From the NCBI GenBank assembly GCA_963727485.1, contig CAVSGM010000001.1:192001-256000 (forward strand): a stretch of 64,000 nt of DNA, in the 5' to 3' direction. Position 1 is the first letter of the stretch; the number at the start of each line of letters is the position of its first letter. Source of the DNA: an uncultured delta proteobacterium. GTDB taxonomy: Bacteria > Myxococcota > Myxococcia > SLRQ01. This document shows positions 34,586 to 45,668 of the stretch, piece after piece. Under the pieces are notes generated by a model. The model was not told where the DNA came from. It was given only the letters and a program-made list of their open reading frames with translations, and did no database searches. A program made the translations under genes and the position numbers.

Positions 34586-35800
34586 ATGCTGGCACTGGAC
34601 GAAGCCCTCGACCGGATCCTCTCCGGGCTTTCGCCCCTGCCCGCCGAGCGGGTGGCGGCGGTGGAGGCGGTGGGCCGGGTGGTGGCCGAGGCGGTCGTCG
34701 CCCGCCGGGCCCTGCCCCCTGAGGCGAACTCGGCCATGGACGGCTACGCGGTGCGCGCCGCGGACACCGAGGGCGCGCCGGTGACCCTGCGCCTCACCGG
34801 GGTGGTCGCCGCCGGGAGCCACGCCGAGGGGCCCCTGCGCCCGGGCGAGGCCTTCCGGATCTTCACCGGCGCGCCCATCCCCGAGGGCGCCGACGCGGTG
34901 GTGATGCAGGAGGTCTGTCGCCTCGGCGACGGCGAGGTGGAGATCGGCGAGACCGCCACCGCCGGCCAGCACGTCCGCCCGGCCGGGGACGACGTGCGGC
35001 CCGGCGACCCGCTCTTGGCCCCAGGCGATATCCTCGGCCCCGCGGAGGTCGCGGCGCTGGCGGGCCAGGGGCGGACCGGGATCCGGGTCCACCGGCGCCC
35101 GGTGGTGGCGATCCTGGGGAGCGGCGACGAGCTGGTGGACCCCGACGGCGACGTCGCCGGCGGGCGCATCGTCAACTCCAACACCGACGCCCTGGCCGCC
35201 GCCTGCCTCGAGGCCGGCGCCGTCCCCCGCCTCCTGGGCACCGCGAAGGACGACGCGGAGGCCATCGGCGCCCTGGTCGACGCCACAGCCGGTGCCGACG
35301 TGATCCTCACCAGCGGCGGGGTCAGCGTCGGCGACCGGGACCTGGTCCAGGACGTGCTGGGGTCCCGGGGCATGGAGACGGTGTTCTGGAAGGTGGCGGT
35401 GAAGCCCGGCAAGCCGCTGCTCCACGGGCGCCTCGACGGGCGGCCGGTCTTCGGCCTCCCGGGGAACCCGGTCTCGGCCCTGACCACCTTCACCGTCTTC
35501 GCCCGCCCGGCGCTCTTGCGCCTCGCCGGCCGCGCCGACGTGCTCCCCCCGGCGCTCCCGGCGACCCTCGGCGCCGAGGCCCCGGCCGCCCGGGGCCGGG
35601 TGAACCTGGTGTGGGTCCGCCTCGAGCACGGCGCCGATGGCCTCGTCGCCACCCCGGTGGCCCGGCAGGCGAGCCACCGGATGCGCGGGACCCTCGGCGC
35701 CCACGGCCTGGTCGCCGTGCCCCCGGGGGCGCCCCTCGCCGCCGGCGCGAAGGTCCGCGTCCTCACCTACCGCCTCCCCGGCCGCCCCCATGGCCACTGA
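34586..35800 (+). CDS. moeA: Molybdopterin molybdotransferase
   Basis: SAMDGYA, IFTGAPIP, TSGGVSVGDRD and GLPGNPVS motifs. Confidence 0.94.
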   Translation: MLALDEALDRILSGLSPLPAERVAAVEAVGRVVAEAVVARRALPPEANSAMDGYAVRAADTEGAPVTLRLTGVVAAGSHAEGPLRPGEAFRIFTGAPIPEGADAVVMQEVCRLGDGEVEIGETATAGQHVRPAGDDVRPGDPLLAPGDILGPAEVAALAGQGRTGIRVHRRPVVAILGSGDELVDPDGDVAGGRIVNSNTDALAAACLEAGAVPRLLGTAKDDAEAIGALVDATAGADVILTSGGVSVGDRDLVQDVLGSRGMETVFWKVAVKPGKPLLHGRLDGRPVFGLPGNPVSALTTFTVFARPALLRLAGRADVLPPALPATLGAEAPAARGRVNLVWVRLEHGADGLVATPVARQASHRMRGTLGAHGLVAVPPGAPLAAGAKVRVLTYRLPGRPHGH

Positions 35801-36581
35801 GGTCCCGGTCTTCGACGCCCACGCCCGGGTCGACGCCCTGGGCACGGACGACCTGGAGACCCTGGCCTTCTTCGGCACCGCGGGCCTGGTCACCAGCGCC
35901 CACGACGGCTTCCCCGGCCCCCGGGCCGAGGACCTGGAGGCCCACCTCGACGCCATCGAGGCCACCGTGCCGAGGCTCCGGGCCGCGGGGATCACCGGCT
36001 ACGTGGCCCTCGGCGTCCACCCGGCCAGGATCCCCTGGCTCGGCCTCGACGCCGTCCTCGCCCGCCTCCCCGAGCGCCTCGGCCGCCCCGAGGCGGTGGC
36101 CGTGGGTGAGGTGGGGCTCTTCGAGGGCGGCGAGCGCGAGGAGGGCGTGTTCGGCCGGCAGATCGACCTGGCCCGGGACCTGCGCCTCCCGCTGGTGGTG
36201 ACCCTCCCGGTGCGCCACCGGGCCCGGGTCCTCAAGCGCACCCTGGCGCTCCTGCGCGACCGCGAGGTGCCCCCGGAGGGCGCGCTCCTGGTCCGCGCCG
36301 ACGCCGCGAGCGTCGCGACCATCCGCGGGGTCGGCTACCGGGTGGCGCTGGGGGGCATGGAGGCCGAGGCCATCGCCGAGCTCGTCGCGCGCCACGGCCC
36401 CGAGGGCCTCCTGCTCGCCAGCGAGGTCGGCGACGGGCCCTCGGACCCGGTGGCGCTGGCGCGCACCGTGGACCGCCTCGAGGCCGCGGGGCTCTCGCGG
36501 GCGGTGGTGCGCCGGGTGGCGCGGGAGAACGCCGAGGGGTTCTACGGGGTGACTCTTCCGGCGCGTCCGGACGGCGATTGA
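35790..36581 (+). CDS. TatD-like amidohydrolase (metal ligands degenerate)
   Basis: FDAH, ALGVHP and AVGEVG motifs; QIDLARDLRLPLVV. Confidence 0.7.
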   Translation: MATEVPVFDAHARVDALGTDDLETLAFFGTAGLVTSAHDGFPGPRAEDLEAHLDAIEATVPRLRAAGITGYVALGVHPARIPWLGLDAVLARLPERLGRPEAVAVGEVGLFEGGEREEGVFGRQIDLARDLRLPLVVTLPVRHRARVLKRTLALLRDREVPPEGALLVRADAASVATIRGVGYRVALGGMEAEAIAELVARHGPEGLLLASEVGDGPSDPVALARTVDRLEAAGLSRAVVRRVARENAEGFYGVTLPARPDGD

Positions 36582-36640
36582 GGGCAGAGCGTCGCCGAGA
36601 TGTGGCGTCGTAGGCCGGCAATCGCTGATTGGACTCGGGG

Positions 36641-36677
36641 TTGATACCTGGGTAATGGATTCGGTAGGATGAATCCA
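36641..36677 (+). promoter_or_regulatory. Sigma70-like promoter with an inverted repeat around the -10 box
   Basis: TTGATA-18 bp-TAGGAT; TGGATTC/GAATCCA inverted repeat at 36656-36677. Confidence 0.4.
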
Positions 36678-36806
36678 GTAGAGTGAACCCTGGTCGGGCG
36701 CATCGGAACCTCCATCTGGGAGCAGCGACAGGCGCCGGTTGGCCGTGGACGCACCTCGGGAGGTCGCAATGGGTGGTAGGCGCCGGATGTTCTCTCATCG
36801 TGGAGA

Positions 36807-39800
36807 TTGCTGTCGAAGAGATCAACGACGGGGCTCCTGGTGGGTGCGGCCGTAGCCGTGTTCGGGGGGGGGGTGTCTAAAGTTCGACCCCACGCCGACC
36901 AGGGTCGGCATCATTGACGTTCCGTACCCTGTGACGAAGGTCCTGGCCGCCAAGGCGCCGACCAGGGGCGTGCCGTTCCGGGCCCTGGCGGTCGCGAGCA
37001 GCAAGAATCGACACGTTGCAGCCAGACGACGTCCTGCCGTCGTGTGAGGTCGCTGCGTCCTCCACGGGCTTCGAGTGCACACCGCCGCAGAAGACATGTG
37101 TGGGTAACTGCTACGCGCAGTTCCTGGTCGATCGGCCGCCGCCGGGACCCGCGGAGAAGGCCTCGATACTCAAGGTGTGTCGCACCCTCTGTGGCTGCAC
37201 GCCGGCCCCAGGGGGGACACCGGATTCTCATCGGCTGCCATGGGGTCGTGATTGGCTATGACCGGGCCGGAGCAGCAATCCCGGGCACCCAGGAGCCATA
37301 CCCACTCGAGCAACCGGGTGTCCCCACGTACCCGCCGCTGGTGCGGCCCGCCTTCTATGTGGGGCTCCCGACCGGGCTCACTTCTGCCGTCAGCCAGCTC
37401 GAGCACGGGAGCTACCAGCTCGTGAGCTTCCAGCCAACTACACCTCACGAGATCGCACAGCCCATCTCGAGGACCCTGTTGAGCTGTCTTCCTCCGACCC
37501 CGAGCCATCGGGCACCACTGGACACCAAGTCGTTCTCATTTCTCGGGTTCAAGTTCAAGCTGGCGGCAGGCCACAGCCTCGGTGGACGTGTCACGAGGCT
37601 CCAGGTCTGCCCCCTCGTGAACTGGGAGAAGGTGCTGTCCCCGGAGTTGCAGCTGCAAGCTGGCTATCCACCGCTGCTGTCGGGAGACAGCGTGCCGGGC
37701 CTGAGCGACGAGTGCGACGAGTGGAGCAAGCCGGACAGCTCCGATCCGGACTTCACCGCGGGCTCCAGGCTCCTGGTCTGGCTCGAGGGCGCCACCTTTG
37801 CGAATGCGAATAAGGGCACCGTCGTCCTGGGGCGAGAGACGGCAGCGCTCGTCCGCTCCGACAGGGTGCGGGTCGTTCTGAAACTGGATGGGATTGGAGG
37901 GGCGTTTACCCTTTGGCCACCCCTCGGCCCGCCGATCCACCTGCAGGTCGCCGGCTCGCTGAAGGCCGTCGGCACGCTCATCCTCGACGATCGCGGGGAG
38001 GTCTGCGCGGAGAGCCGGACCAAGTGCGACCAGGTGGTCAACCAGGTGACGGTGCGGCCCGACCTTTCTCTGGATACCAGCGGCCTCACCATCGCCGGTG
38101 CGCCACAGATGCTCGGTCCGGGCGTGTCGACCAAGGCGCTGGTGACCTGGCTGCTTCAGCGCTACTTCGTCAACCAGCCGCGCGTCCTCAGATTCCAGGG
38201 ATCGACGCCGGGAACCTTCGTCGCTCCCCATGTCACGCTGGAGAGCGACGGGCTGGCGGTTTCGCTGGGCTCCGCAGCGCAGAGCCTCGTCCCCTTCGCG
38301 AACCTCACGCTGACGACGAGCCCAGGGCCGCCAACGGCGAAGCCCTCGCCCCCGGCACCACAGCCCCCAGGTCCTGGCAGCGTCGAGCCGTTGCCCACCG
38401 GGGTCGATGCGCGCAACTACGTGCGGGCGGTGGTGCAGGTCCTCCCGGGCAGGGGGATTGGGAGCCCGTTGAACCCCATTGTGACGCAGGTTCGGCTGGT
38501 GGTCGGTAAGGTGCCGGGTGCCAAGAGAGAGGTACCCGAGCAGGTTGGCCCCTGGGTCTCCCCGCCGGTGGGGAAGTGGACGGCCGTGTCGGTGCCGGTG
38601 GCCTACCACAAGTCAAAGCCCCCAGACAAAGACTGGCCCCTGGATGACGGCAAGGACTTCCGGACCGGCGTACAGGTCACCGTCCAGGCGAGAACCGTGA
38701 ACGTCTTCCGAAGCTCGCCTCCACCGCAACCGCCCATCTGCAGGATCGGCGTTGGAGGTCTCGTCAAGGCGATCAAGCCCGTGGCGCGGACGGGTCGCCT
38801 CCGGTCGGGACGCGGGCTCTGCCCGACGTGTCTCATGGCCCAAGACGTAGCCCATCCCTCGCAGACGGCGACCACCTCCAATGGGTTGGCGAAGCTGCTC
38901 CACGGAGGCTCTGTCCTAATGGGTGGCGTGGGCTCCCCAGCGCGGCCGCGGCAGCTCCTGCTCGAGGCCAGATCAGGGGCTCTCGTCTACCTTCGATTGG
39001 GTACCGCCTTCCCCTGGCCGCTGCCCCTGATCTGCGCGGGCTCACCGCCGCGGCGGCCCAGCCCCCACGATCCCCGCGTGCTTGTCGATCTGGTGGGCAC
39101 TGACTTTGACGGGTCCCGGCTGAGTGACCTCTTTGCCAACAACCACGTCTCGACAACGCTCCGTGCCGCCGAGTCCGACGGTGCGGTGCCGACCTACGGC
39201 GGCGCCACGCGCCGGGTGGCGGTCCTGACGGCGGAGATGTCCCCGAAGGGTGGCCCAAGTGCGTCTTTCACCGCCGTGGCGGACCATCTCGGAGCCCTAA
39301 GGGTCCTTGGCAGCGCCACCGTAATCACGCCATCCGATCGCTATTGGTCCAGCGGTCAGGAGCAGGTTGGCAATTCGGATGGCACTGTGCCCCAGATCGG
39401 GCGCCACCTGGCGCCGGGCGGCGTATGGAGGCCCCACGTGTCCTCCAGTCCCGTTACCGATCTTGGCGTGGTCGAGGACGTCCCGATCCAGGGCTGGCTC
39501 ACGGCCGACGCGAGTCATCGCCTCATGAGCGGGACCGACCTCCCGAGCGTCCAGGTGGACTACACAGTGCCGGCGAGCACGGCGCCGGGCATGTTGACCT
39601 TCTCGGCCTGGGACGGCGAAGTACACGAGGTCGAGGGCAAGTCGTGGGTCGTCGATCGCGCGCACGGTGGCGCCTACAGCGCCATGGATCCGCACAAGGT
39701 GTACGCCGATCGGGTCGGTCTTACCCGCGGTGCGCCGGAGCTGGTGGGCCTCCCTCACTCCCGGTTCACCATTAGAGGCACCCGGCCGCGGTACACACCC

Positions 39801-40151
39801 GACACCAGCCCCGGTGCGAGCGTGTACTCCGTGTCCCCTTCCGCCTGCTACGCAACGATCCTCCCCAGGCCCCTCGGGACACAGGCGGTGTTCCTCGACG
39901 AGATCACCACAAAGGTGGACGGCGTGGGCCTGCGCTTCGGCTTCGGCCCCGGTGGCTCGGGTGGGACCTGTCGGGCCAAGCCAAGGGCTGGCAGTACCGG
40001 TGGCATGTGCCGGGAGCGTGTGGCGCCGGCGGGGCCGCTCTTCTATGGTCGCGCGGGGGTCGCGGTGACGCCGCACCCGGTACAGCTACAGAACCCACCG
40101 CCTTCGCCGACGGCTACGGTACAGCGCCTCGAGTCCCTGGCGGCACCATGA
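36807..40151 (+). CDS. Large (~1110 aa) hypothetical lipoprotein; three frameshifts near the 5' end
   Basis: Joining frames at the G10 tract (36864-36873), GAATC 37005 and GATTC 37223 gives signal LLVGAAVAVFGGG-C, a Cys-rich segment, then the 37044..40151 ORF. Start uncertain. Confidence 0.55.
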
Positions 40152-41780
40152 CCCGAACCTCCACAGTGGCCCTCTGCCTGGTGGCCTCGGTGCTCGGCGG
40201 CAGGGCGATCGCCGGTTGCACCTCGACCTCCGCCGGTGTGGACGGCGGTGGGGGCCCAGCCGTGGACGCCGGCCCCTGGGACGGTGGAGTTCAGGACGCG
40301 GGCCCACCCAACCGGCCCTGCCAGCAGCTCTTCCTCGCCAACGAGCTGGCGAACCTGACGCCCTCGCCCGAGTGCGTAGCGGCCTATGACGCGATGCTGG
40401 CTGACGGGGGCAGCCGGGCCGTCACCCGGTCGCCGATCCAGGCCGGCAACGTCGGTGGCGACTACGCGATGCTGCTCGGGAAGCGCTACATCGTGGTGAA
40501 CGATGAGTCGTTCGGCCTGACTGAGGTAGATCCCAAGACCGGGTGCTTCGTGTGGGACCGGTACAACGCCAATGGGATCGGGCTCAGCTCGGTGGGGGAC
40601 GGGTACCTGTACGTGAACGACCCGAGCATCTCCAGGATCTCGGAGATCGGGCTCAAGCCGTCGGGCGACTATGGGGGGGTCGGCGCGTACGGGAACCTGT
40701 ACATCCTGCTCCCGGTGCCGCTCTACGACGGGACGATCGTCGCCTACACCTGGTCCGGCGAGCTGCAGCGGCTGAAGATCCGGGCCTCGGGCACGAAGGT
40801 GTACTACGACGTCAGGCTGTCCAACGGGGAGCCGCTGGAGTCGGAGATGGCCTACGACCCGGTGCGGCACTACGTGTTCCTGCTCATCGAGGGCCACGGC
40901 AACAACCCGGGGCCGGATGTCTATGCGGCCTACCGGGCACTGGATGGGACGGCCGTGTGGCGGGACACCGGGATGGCGGTCAAGGGTGCGCCGCTCCTGG
41001 TAGGCAAGGATTCTGCTCTTCGCGGTGGCGGGCTTCTCGGACGGCGACCACCTCGAGCTGCTCAACCGGGACACGGGGGCTGTGGTGAAGGAGAGGGTCT
41101 TCCCCGCCCCGGACCTGGCGCCGGCCGAGTCACCGGCGCAGGTCTCGGGAGGCTTTCTCTACGCGGCGGCTCCTGACCAGAAGCAGCTCTATGTGGTCGC
41201 CGACGTTGACCGTTGGGAGAATGGGCACCTTCGAGTGTATGGGGCCCTGTTCGCCTTCGACCCGGACCTGAACCTCAAGTGGCAGCGGATCCTCCCGCAG
41301 CCTCCCTACTTTCGGCAGGATGTCCACCATCCACTCGATGGCGGCGGGTACACCACGTACGGGAGCTCGTCGAGCACCCTGTCCCCCGCGCTCGCAGGAC
41401 CAGATGGCACCGTCTACGTGGCCTCGCAGAACTGCTACCTCTACGCCTTCCATCCGGATGGCACGCTGGCCTGGAAGGAGCCCCAGCCGATGCCGGCTGC
41501 AGGCGGCCGCCTGATCATCACCGACGGCCGGCTCTTCGTTCTGTCGCAGGATGCGGCCATCAAAGTCCCGTCACCCTTCGGCTCTCCGTCGGGGTTCGGG
41601 GTGATTCAGAGCTACGAGATCTCCGGGGGCGACGGCGGGATCGGTGACGCGGGCGACGGTGGCACGTCCGACGCCGCATCCGCCTCGGATGCCGGCATGC
41701 CCGACGGAGGCAGCATCGTCGATGCCGGGGTCGGCGATGGGGGACTCGGGGACGGCGGCGGCGCCCCCGATGGCGGCTAA
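40148..41780 (+). CDS. PQQ-like beta-propeller lipoprotein (+1 frameshift at ~41011)
   Basis: Lipobox IAG-C; LFAFDPDLNLKW and PALAGPDGTVYV...LYAFHPDGTLAW repeats; DAG/DGG tails. Confidence 0.7.
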
Positions 41781-41866
41781 ACTGCGGGCGCTTGCACGGG
41801 AGCACGGGCCGGGCTTCCATGGGATCCCACTCCCGGCGGCCGGGAGCTGAAGCACCGGAGGACGCC

Positions 41867-42247
41867 ATGGAGGTCGGAGACACCTTCACCGCCGAGCACA
41901 CCTACACCGAGGACGAGGTCCGGCGCTGGACCGAGCTCATCGGCGACGCGGGCCGCCACCACCTCGAGCCCGACGCCGCCGGGCGCCTGATGGTCCATGG
42001 CCTCCTCGTCGGCGCCCTGCCCACGCAGATCGGCGGCCAGCTTGATTACATCGCCCGGCAGATGGTCTTCGAGTTCCAGAAGCCGGTGTTCACCGGGGAC
42101 ACGGTGACGGCCACCCTCACCCTGACGAAGGTCGAGCCCGCCCAGGGGAAGCTGCGCCTCTCCATGGACGTCTCCTGCGTGAACCAGGACGGGGTCGAGG
42201 TGGTGCGCGGGTCGAGCTACGGGATTGTGCTCACGCCCGCAGGCTAG
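41867..42247 (+). CDS. MaoC-like hotdog-fold dehydratase
   Basis: LMVHGLL and FQKPVFTGDTV motifs; GGAGG RBS. Confidence 0.85.
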   Translation: MEVGDTFTAEHTYTEDEVRRWTELIGDAGRHHLEPDAAGRLMVHGLLVGALPTQIGGQLDYIARQMVFEFQKPVFTGDTVTATLTLTKVEPAQGKLRLSMDVSCVNQDGVEVVRGSSYGIVLTPAG

Positions 42248-44952
42248 GCGCGGCCGCCCCGCCGGCGGTAGAGGGCGACGAGCCCGAGGAGCAGGGCCAG
42301 GATTGCGTCGCCACCGCCCGCGCTGCTGCAGCCGCATCCAGGCGCCGAGTCCGGGCCGGTGGGCCCGCCGTCGGTCGCGGAGCCGGCGTCGGGCGAGCCC
42401 CCGTCGGCCGCCCCAGCGTCGACCGTCCCCCCGTCAGTCGCCCCACCGTCGACCGCCGGGCCCCCGCCGGCGCCCGCGCCGCCATCGGTCTGGACCCCTC
42501 CGTCCCCGCTCCCTCCGTCGGTGCTGCCGGTGGCCGCCGTGGACAGGAGCGTGAGCTGCCCCCAGTGGTCCGGCACCGCCCAGGGCGTCCCGCCGTGGTC
42601 CGAGAAGTAGGCGAGTTGCCCGTGGTCGAGGTCGTTGTTGACCAGCAGCGCCCTCATCTGCGCCCCCGCCGCGGGGCTGGCGCCCACGTCGGCCCAGGGC
42701 AGGCGCACCTCGATCACGTAGCCCGTCGCCGTGGCCGCCGCCGCCGTCGCCAGGTGGCTGTTCCAGCTCACGTCCCCGTTGTTCCCGCTGACCCCGGTGC
42801 CCCGGCTGTCCCAGACCACCCCCTTGGCGTCGACGATGAAGTGGTAGTCGTCGGGCTCCATGGTCGGCCCGCCGTCATGGTTCACGTCGAGGAAGAGCTC
42901 CACCCCATCGTGGCTCCAGACGTCGCCGTCCCGGGTCGCCGGCGCGGTCTCCACGTTGGCGTCGGTGACCTCGAAGGCGAGGTAGAGGTTGGCGTCGTCC
43001 CAGAGGCCGCGCACGGTGACCGTGTTGTCGCTCACCGACGCGTCCGAGAAGGTCAGCGGCGCGACGCCGGAGAACTCGGAGAGGTCGCCGTCGAGGGTCA
43101 CCGGAAAGGCCGCCCGGGAGGCCAAGAGCCCGCTGCAGTCGGGGTCGGCACCGTCGACGAGGCCGTCGCAGTCGTCGTCGATCCCGTTGTCGCAGATCTC
43201 CGGTGACGGCTGCGCCCCGTCGCAGCTCGACCAGCGCCCGGAGACGCACCGGCGCTGCCCGGCGCAGGCGCCCACGTCGCAGGCCTCGGTGGCGCCGGCC
43301 TGGCACGCGGGGACCGGCGGGCGGATGAGGCGCACGAAGTCCACCGTGAGGTCACAGCTCCCCGAGTCCACCAGCCGGAAGTCCATCCCCGAGGCGAAGC
43401 GCCGGGCGAGGTCGAGGTCGGTCAGCGCGAAGGTCGCCGTCTTCCAGCCCCCGGAGCCGGCGTAGGGCACTGGGTCCGAGACCACGTCGGGGTTCGAGGG
43501 CGAGCTGTACTCCAGGTGCCAGGCGCCGCTGCGTGCAGTCGTCGCGGTAGGTGACCTTGAGCCAGGCGGTGTGGGGCCCGCCGGACCAGAAGGCCCGGTC
43601 CACCTTGAAGTACATCTCGTCGTTGCCCGACGCGTGGTCGGTGCGCCGGGCGCCGTACTCGGTGCCGGCGACGATCCCTCCGCGGCCGAACATCCCGTCG
43701 GGCTTCAGGTCGGTGGGCACGGTCACGCCGCCGGGCGACACGTCCCGCTGCATCAGCCACCGCTCGAAGTTCTTGATGGTCGTGCGGCTGGTGGAGTCGA
43801 TGTAGTAGTTCCCGTAGACGCTCGACTTGGGCCAGCTCCAGGCGTCGGGGGCGGTGGCGGCGTGCTGGCCCAGCTCGATCTCCGCCCAGTGGGCGAAGTC
43901 CGTGTAGCCCGGGGTGTCGTAGAGGGCGAGCGCCAGCCAGTTGCGCCGGGTGAGGAGGTTCCACAGGACCGCCAGGCGGTAGCGATAGGGCGTGTCCGCC
44001 GCCGGCCCGAAGCGGTTGCTCGTCGGATCGAACTCGGTGTTCTCGGACCCGTAGAAGGCGCCGTCCACGTGGGGCGGGTGGGTGGGGTCGAAGGTGAGGT
44101 AGCCATCCGCGTCCACCAGGTGGCCGAAGCCCGCGTGCCAGATCTTGGTCTCGGTGGGGAAGCCGTCGCGCTCGCCGGTGCCCGCGGGGTAGCTCTCGCC
44201 GAGCATCGCCTCGAAGGTCGGCTTCCACGCGGGGTCGAGGTAGAAGGCGCCGGCGCCGGAGATCATGTTCACCAGCTTGTGGGTGTGGCCGGCGAAGGCG
44301 GTGGTGTAGTCGATGACGAAATGCTTCTGCCAGTACTGGATCGCCGGGAGCAGGGAGGGGTCGTTCACCGGGAGGGTGAACTCGCCGTAGGCGTCGAAGG
44401 GCGTGCGCATGTCCACGTAGACCAGCTGGGGGTCGGCGCCGTAGCGGGCGGCGAGGGCCTGGATGAACGGCCTGACCGCCTGCGCCCACTGGTCGCCTGA
44501 GGCCCAGGGGGTGTCGAAGCCGGCGCTGCTCGAAGACCAGGGCGAACTGGCTCTGGACCCAGGCGGGGATCTGGCTCCTCGACCCGTACCAGGGCCACAG
44601 CCCGAAGCCGGCGCCCGGGCCCATGGCGTGGACCGCGTCGACGATCTGGTCGACGCTCGACCAGTCGAAGACCCCGGGCGAGGGCTCGACGGTGCTCCAG
44701 GTCACCGGGATGTTCACCGCGTACCTCGGCTGGGTGTGGCCCTTGGCGAGGGTGGCGGCCTGGCTCTGGGAGACCCAGTAGAGGCCACTGTCGGGGGCCC
44801 GGGGGGTGCCCGCCGGGAGCCACCAGTCGTCGCCGGCGACGTTCGACTTCAGCTGGGCCCGGGCGGCCAGGGGCACCAGCAGCAGGGCCAGGGTGGCGGC
44901 CGAGGCGGACGGCCCGGCCCCAGGGGTGCTGCCCGCGGTCGCTGCCCTTCAT
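42244..44952 (-). CDS. Secreted glycoside hydrolase-like protein with MopE-like, CBM9-like and MYXO-CTERM-like parts (three +1 frameshifts at ~44900, ~44527 and ~43533)
   Basis: WSTVEPSPGVFDWSSVD; EICDNGIDDDCDGLVD; LWDDANLYLAFEVTD...DGVELFLD; GCGCSS-TM-RRR tail. Confidence 0.7.
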
Positions 44953-45053
44953 GCGTCGGTCTCCTTGCGGGCCCCGGATGGGGCCCGGGGCATTGTACCG
45001 GACCGGCCCCCGGGGCCCGGGCCTCATAGGGTGTCGTACCCAGGGTCCCCGGA

Positions 45054-45082
45054 TTGACTTCCCGGGCCCGCCGCTCTACAAC
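45054..45082 (+). promoter_or_regulatory. Sigma70-like promoter of rpsO-pnp
   Basis: TTGACT-17 bp-TACAAC. Confidence 0.55.
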
Positions 45083-45177
45083 CCCGCGGTCCGGCAGGCC
45101 GAATGGGGCCCGTCGGGCGTCAACACTTGAGCACCCCGGCGCCGGCTTCACGGCTGGACCGCGGGCAAGGAGAGCCG

Positions 45178-45447
45178 ATGTCGCTCCACCCCACCAGCAA
45201 GATCGAGATCATCGAGAAGTTCAAGCGTCACGAGGGCGACACCGGGTCGCCCGAGGTGCAGATCGCGCTCCTCAGCGAGCGCATCCGCTACCTCACCGAG
45301 CACTTCAAGAGCCACAAGAAGGACCACCACTCGCGCCGCGGGCTCCTCAAGCTCGTCGGTCAGCGGCGGCGGCTCCTCGCCTACCTGCGCAAGCAGGACG
45401 TCAACCGATACCGCAGCGTGGTCGAGGCCTTGGGCCTTCGTCACTAG
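45178..45447 (+). CDS. rpsO: 30S ribosomal protein S15
   Basis: [12 protein letters not shown] and [12 protein letters not shown] motifs. Confidence 0.98.
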   Translation: MSLHPTSKIEIIEKFKRHEGDTGSPEVQIALLSERIRYLTEHFKSHKKDHHSRRGLLKLVGQRRRLLAYLRKQDVNRYRSVVEALGLRH

Positions 45448-45458
45448 GCGGCATCCGA

Positions 45459-45502
45459 GAAAGGCCCGGCACCGGAATTCGGTGGCGGGCCTTTCCGGTT
45501 TT
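45459..45502 (+). terminator. Hairpin terminator or processing stem between rpsO and pnp
   Basis: GAAAGGCCCGGCACCG/CGGTGGCGGGCCTTTC stem followed by CGGTTTT. Confidence 0.65.
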
Positions 45503-45668
45503 CCAGCAGGACCCGAACGCGCCCCGGGAAGGGGCGACACACCCAAGGCAGGTTGCCAGGGACCCGATTGCTTCGGTTTCCGTTCCGGATCTCCCACCCA
45601 AGGTGGGAGCGCGGGGAACAGGAACTGATGAGTCGGGTCGCCGGGCCACCTCCTCCAAGGAGAAGACC

